A stretch of 56,100 nt of DNA from a virus (lineage: Duplodnaviria > Caudoviricetes). The stretch covers positions 1 through 56,100 of the IMG/VR virus record IMGVR_UViG_3300032397_000015. One strand, given 5' to 3'. A program made the position numbers and the translations under genes. This document shows positions 55,677 through 56,100 of the stretch, piece by piece (within the stretch, counting starts at the first letter, position 1; every line of letters starts with the position of its first letter). The notes under the pieces are model-generated. The model saw only the letters and a list, made by a program, of their open reading frames with translations. It was not told the origin of the DNA and ran no database searches.

Positions 55677-56100
55677 ATGACCCCCACATCACTAGCCGAC
55701 GCCGATGAACAACGGCGCCGGCTCACGACCGAAGTCCAGGAACTCCAGGCCCAGCTTGGAGACAGACAACGATCAGACAACGCCGGGCGCAGGCTCGGCA
55801 CCCAGGAATATTGGAGCTGGAAGCGGCAGGCCAGAGATCTGCTCACCCAGAAGCTGACCGACCTCCGAGAGGTCAAGGACTGGATCCGCGACAACCGCCA
55901 CGCCCTGCCACCAGGTCCGCTGTCCCCCGACGCCTTCGCATTCGTGGGGCAGCTCGAGTCGCTGTACCTGATTCTGCGCGACCTGCGCAACGAGGACGTG
56001 GACTTCGACCAGGCAGAGATCGACAAGATAGAGGCAGCCAGGATGCTCTTGGCCGCCTCCGGAACCCCTAGACAGAGAGAACTCTATGCCCAAGATCAAG
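55677..56100 (+). CDS. Hypothetical coiled-coil protein (runs off window)
   Basis: Manual translation MTPTSLADADEQRRRLTTEVQELQAQLG...; open to the edge. Confidence 0.65.
   Translation, partial: MTPTSLADADEQRRRLTTEVQELQAQLGDRQRSDNAGRRLGTQEYWSWKRQARDLLTQKLTDLREVKDWIRDNRHALPPGPLSPDAFAFVGQLESLYLILRDLRNEDVDFDQAEIDKIEAARMLLAASGTPRQRELYAQDQ

Overview
This window is a high-GC, gene-dense piece of a large tailed, myovirus-like bacteriophage genome or prophage. The minus strand carries virion genes: collagen-like fibres, a GpA-type terminase, an intein-interrupted portal, several candidate head-internal proteins, lysis genes, tail fibres, baseplate, tape measure and tail chaperones. Four plus-strand blocks interrupt them: SSB, two islands of small or membrane proteins, and an SNF2 helicase / Zn-finger arm. 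The most striking feature is an apparent self-contained transcription system with three parts. First, a 2066-aa single-chain fusion of bacterial-type RNA polymerase beta and beta' that lacks the beta' N-terminal zinc-binding domain and has an altered rifampicin pocket. Second, a sigma70-family factor embedded in the baseplate operon. Third, a conserved GGCATAAG-N4-TTGA motif in front of every plus-strand block, whereas structural operons carry TTGAC-N17/18-TAnnnT host-type promoters. No major capsid, tail sheath, RNAP alpha subunit, tRNA, rRNA or CRISPR array was recognised. All protein calls come from motifs recognised by eye, not from database searches.
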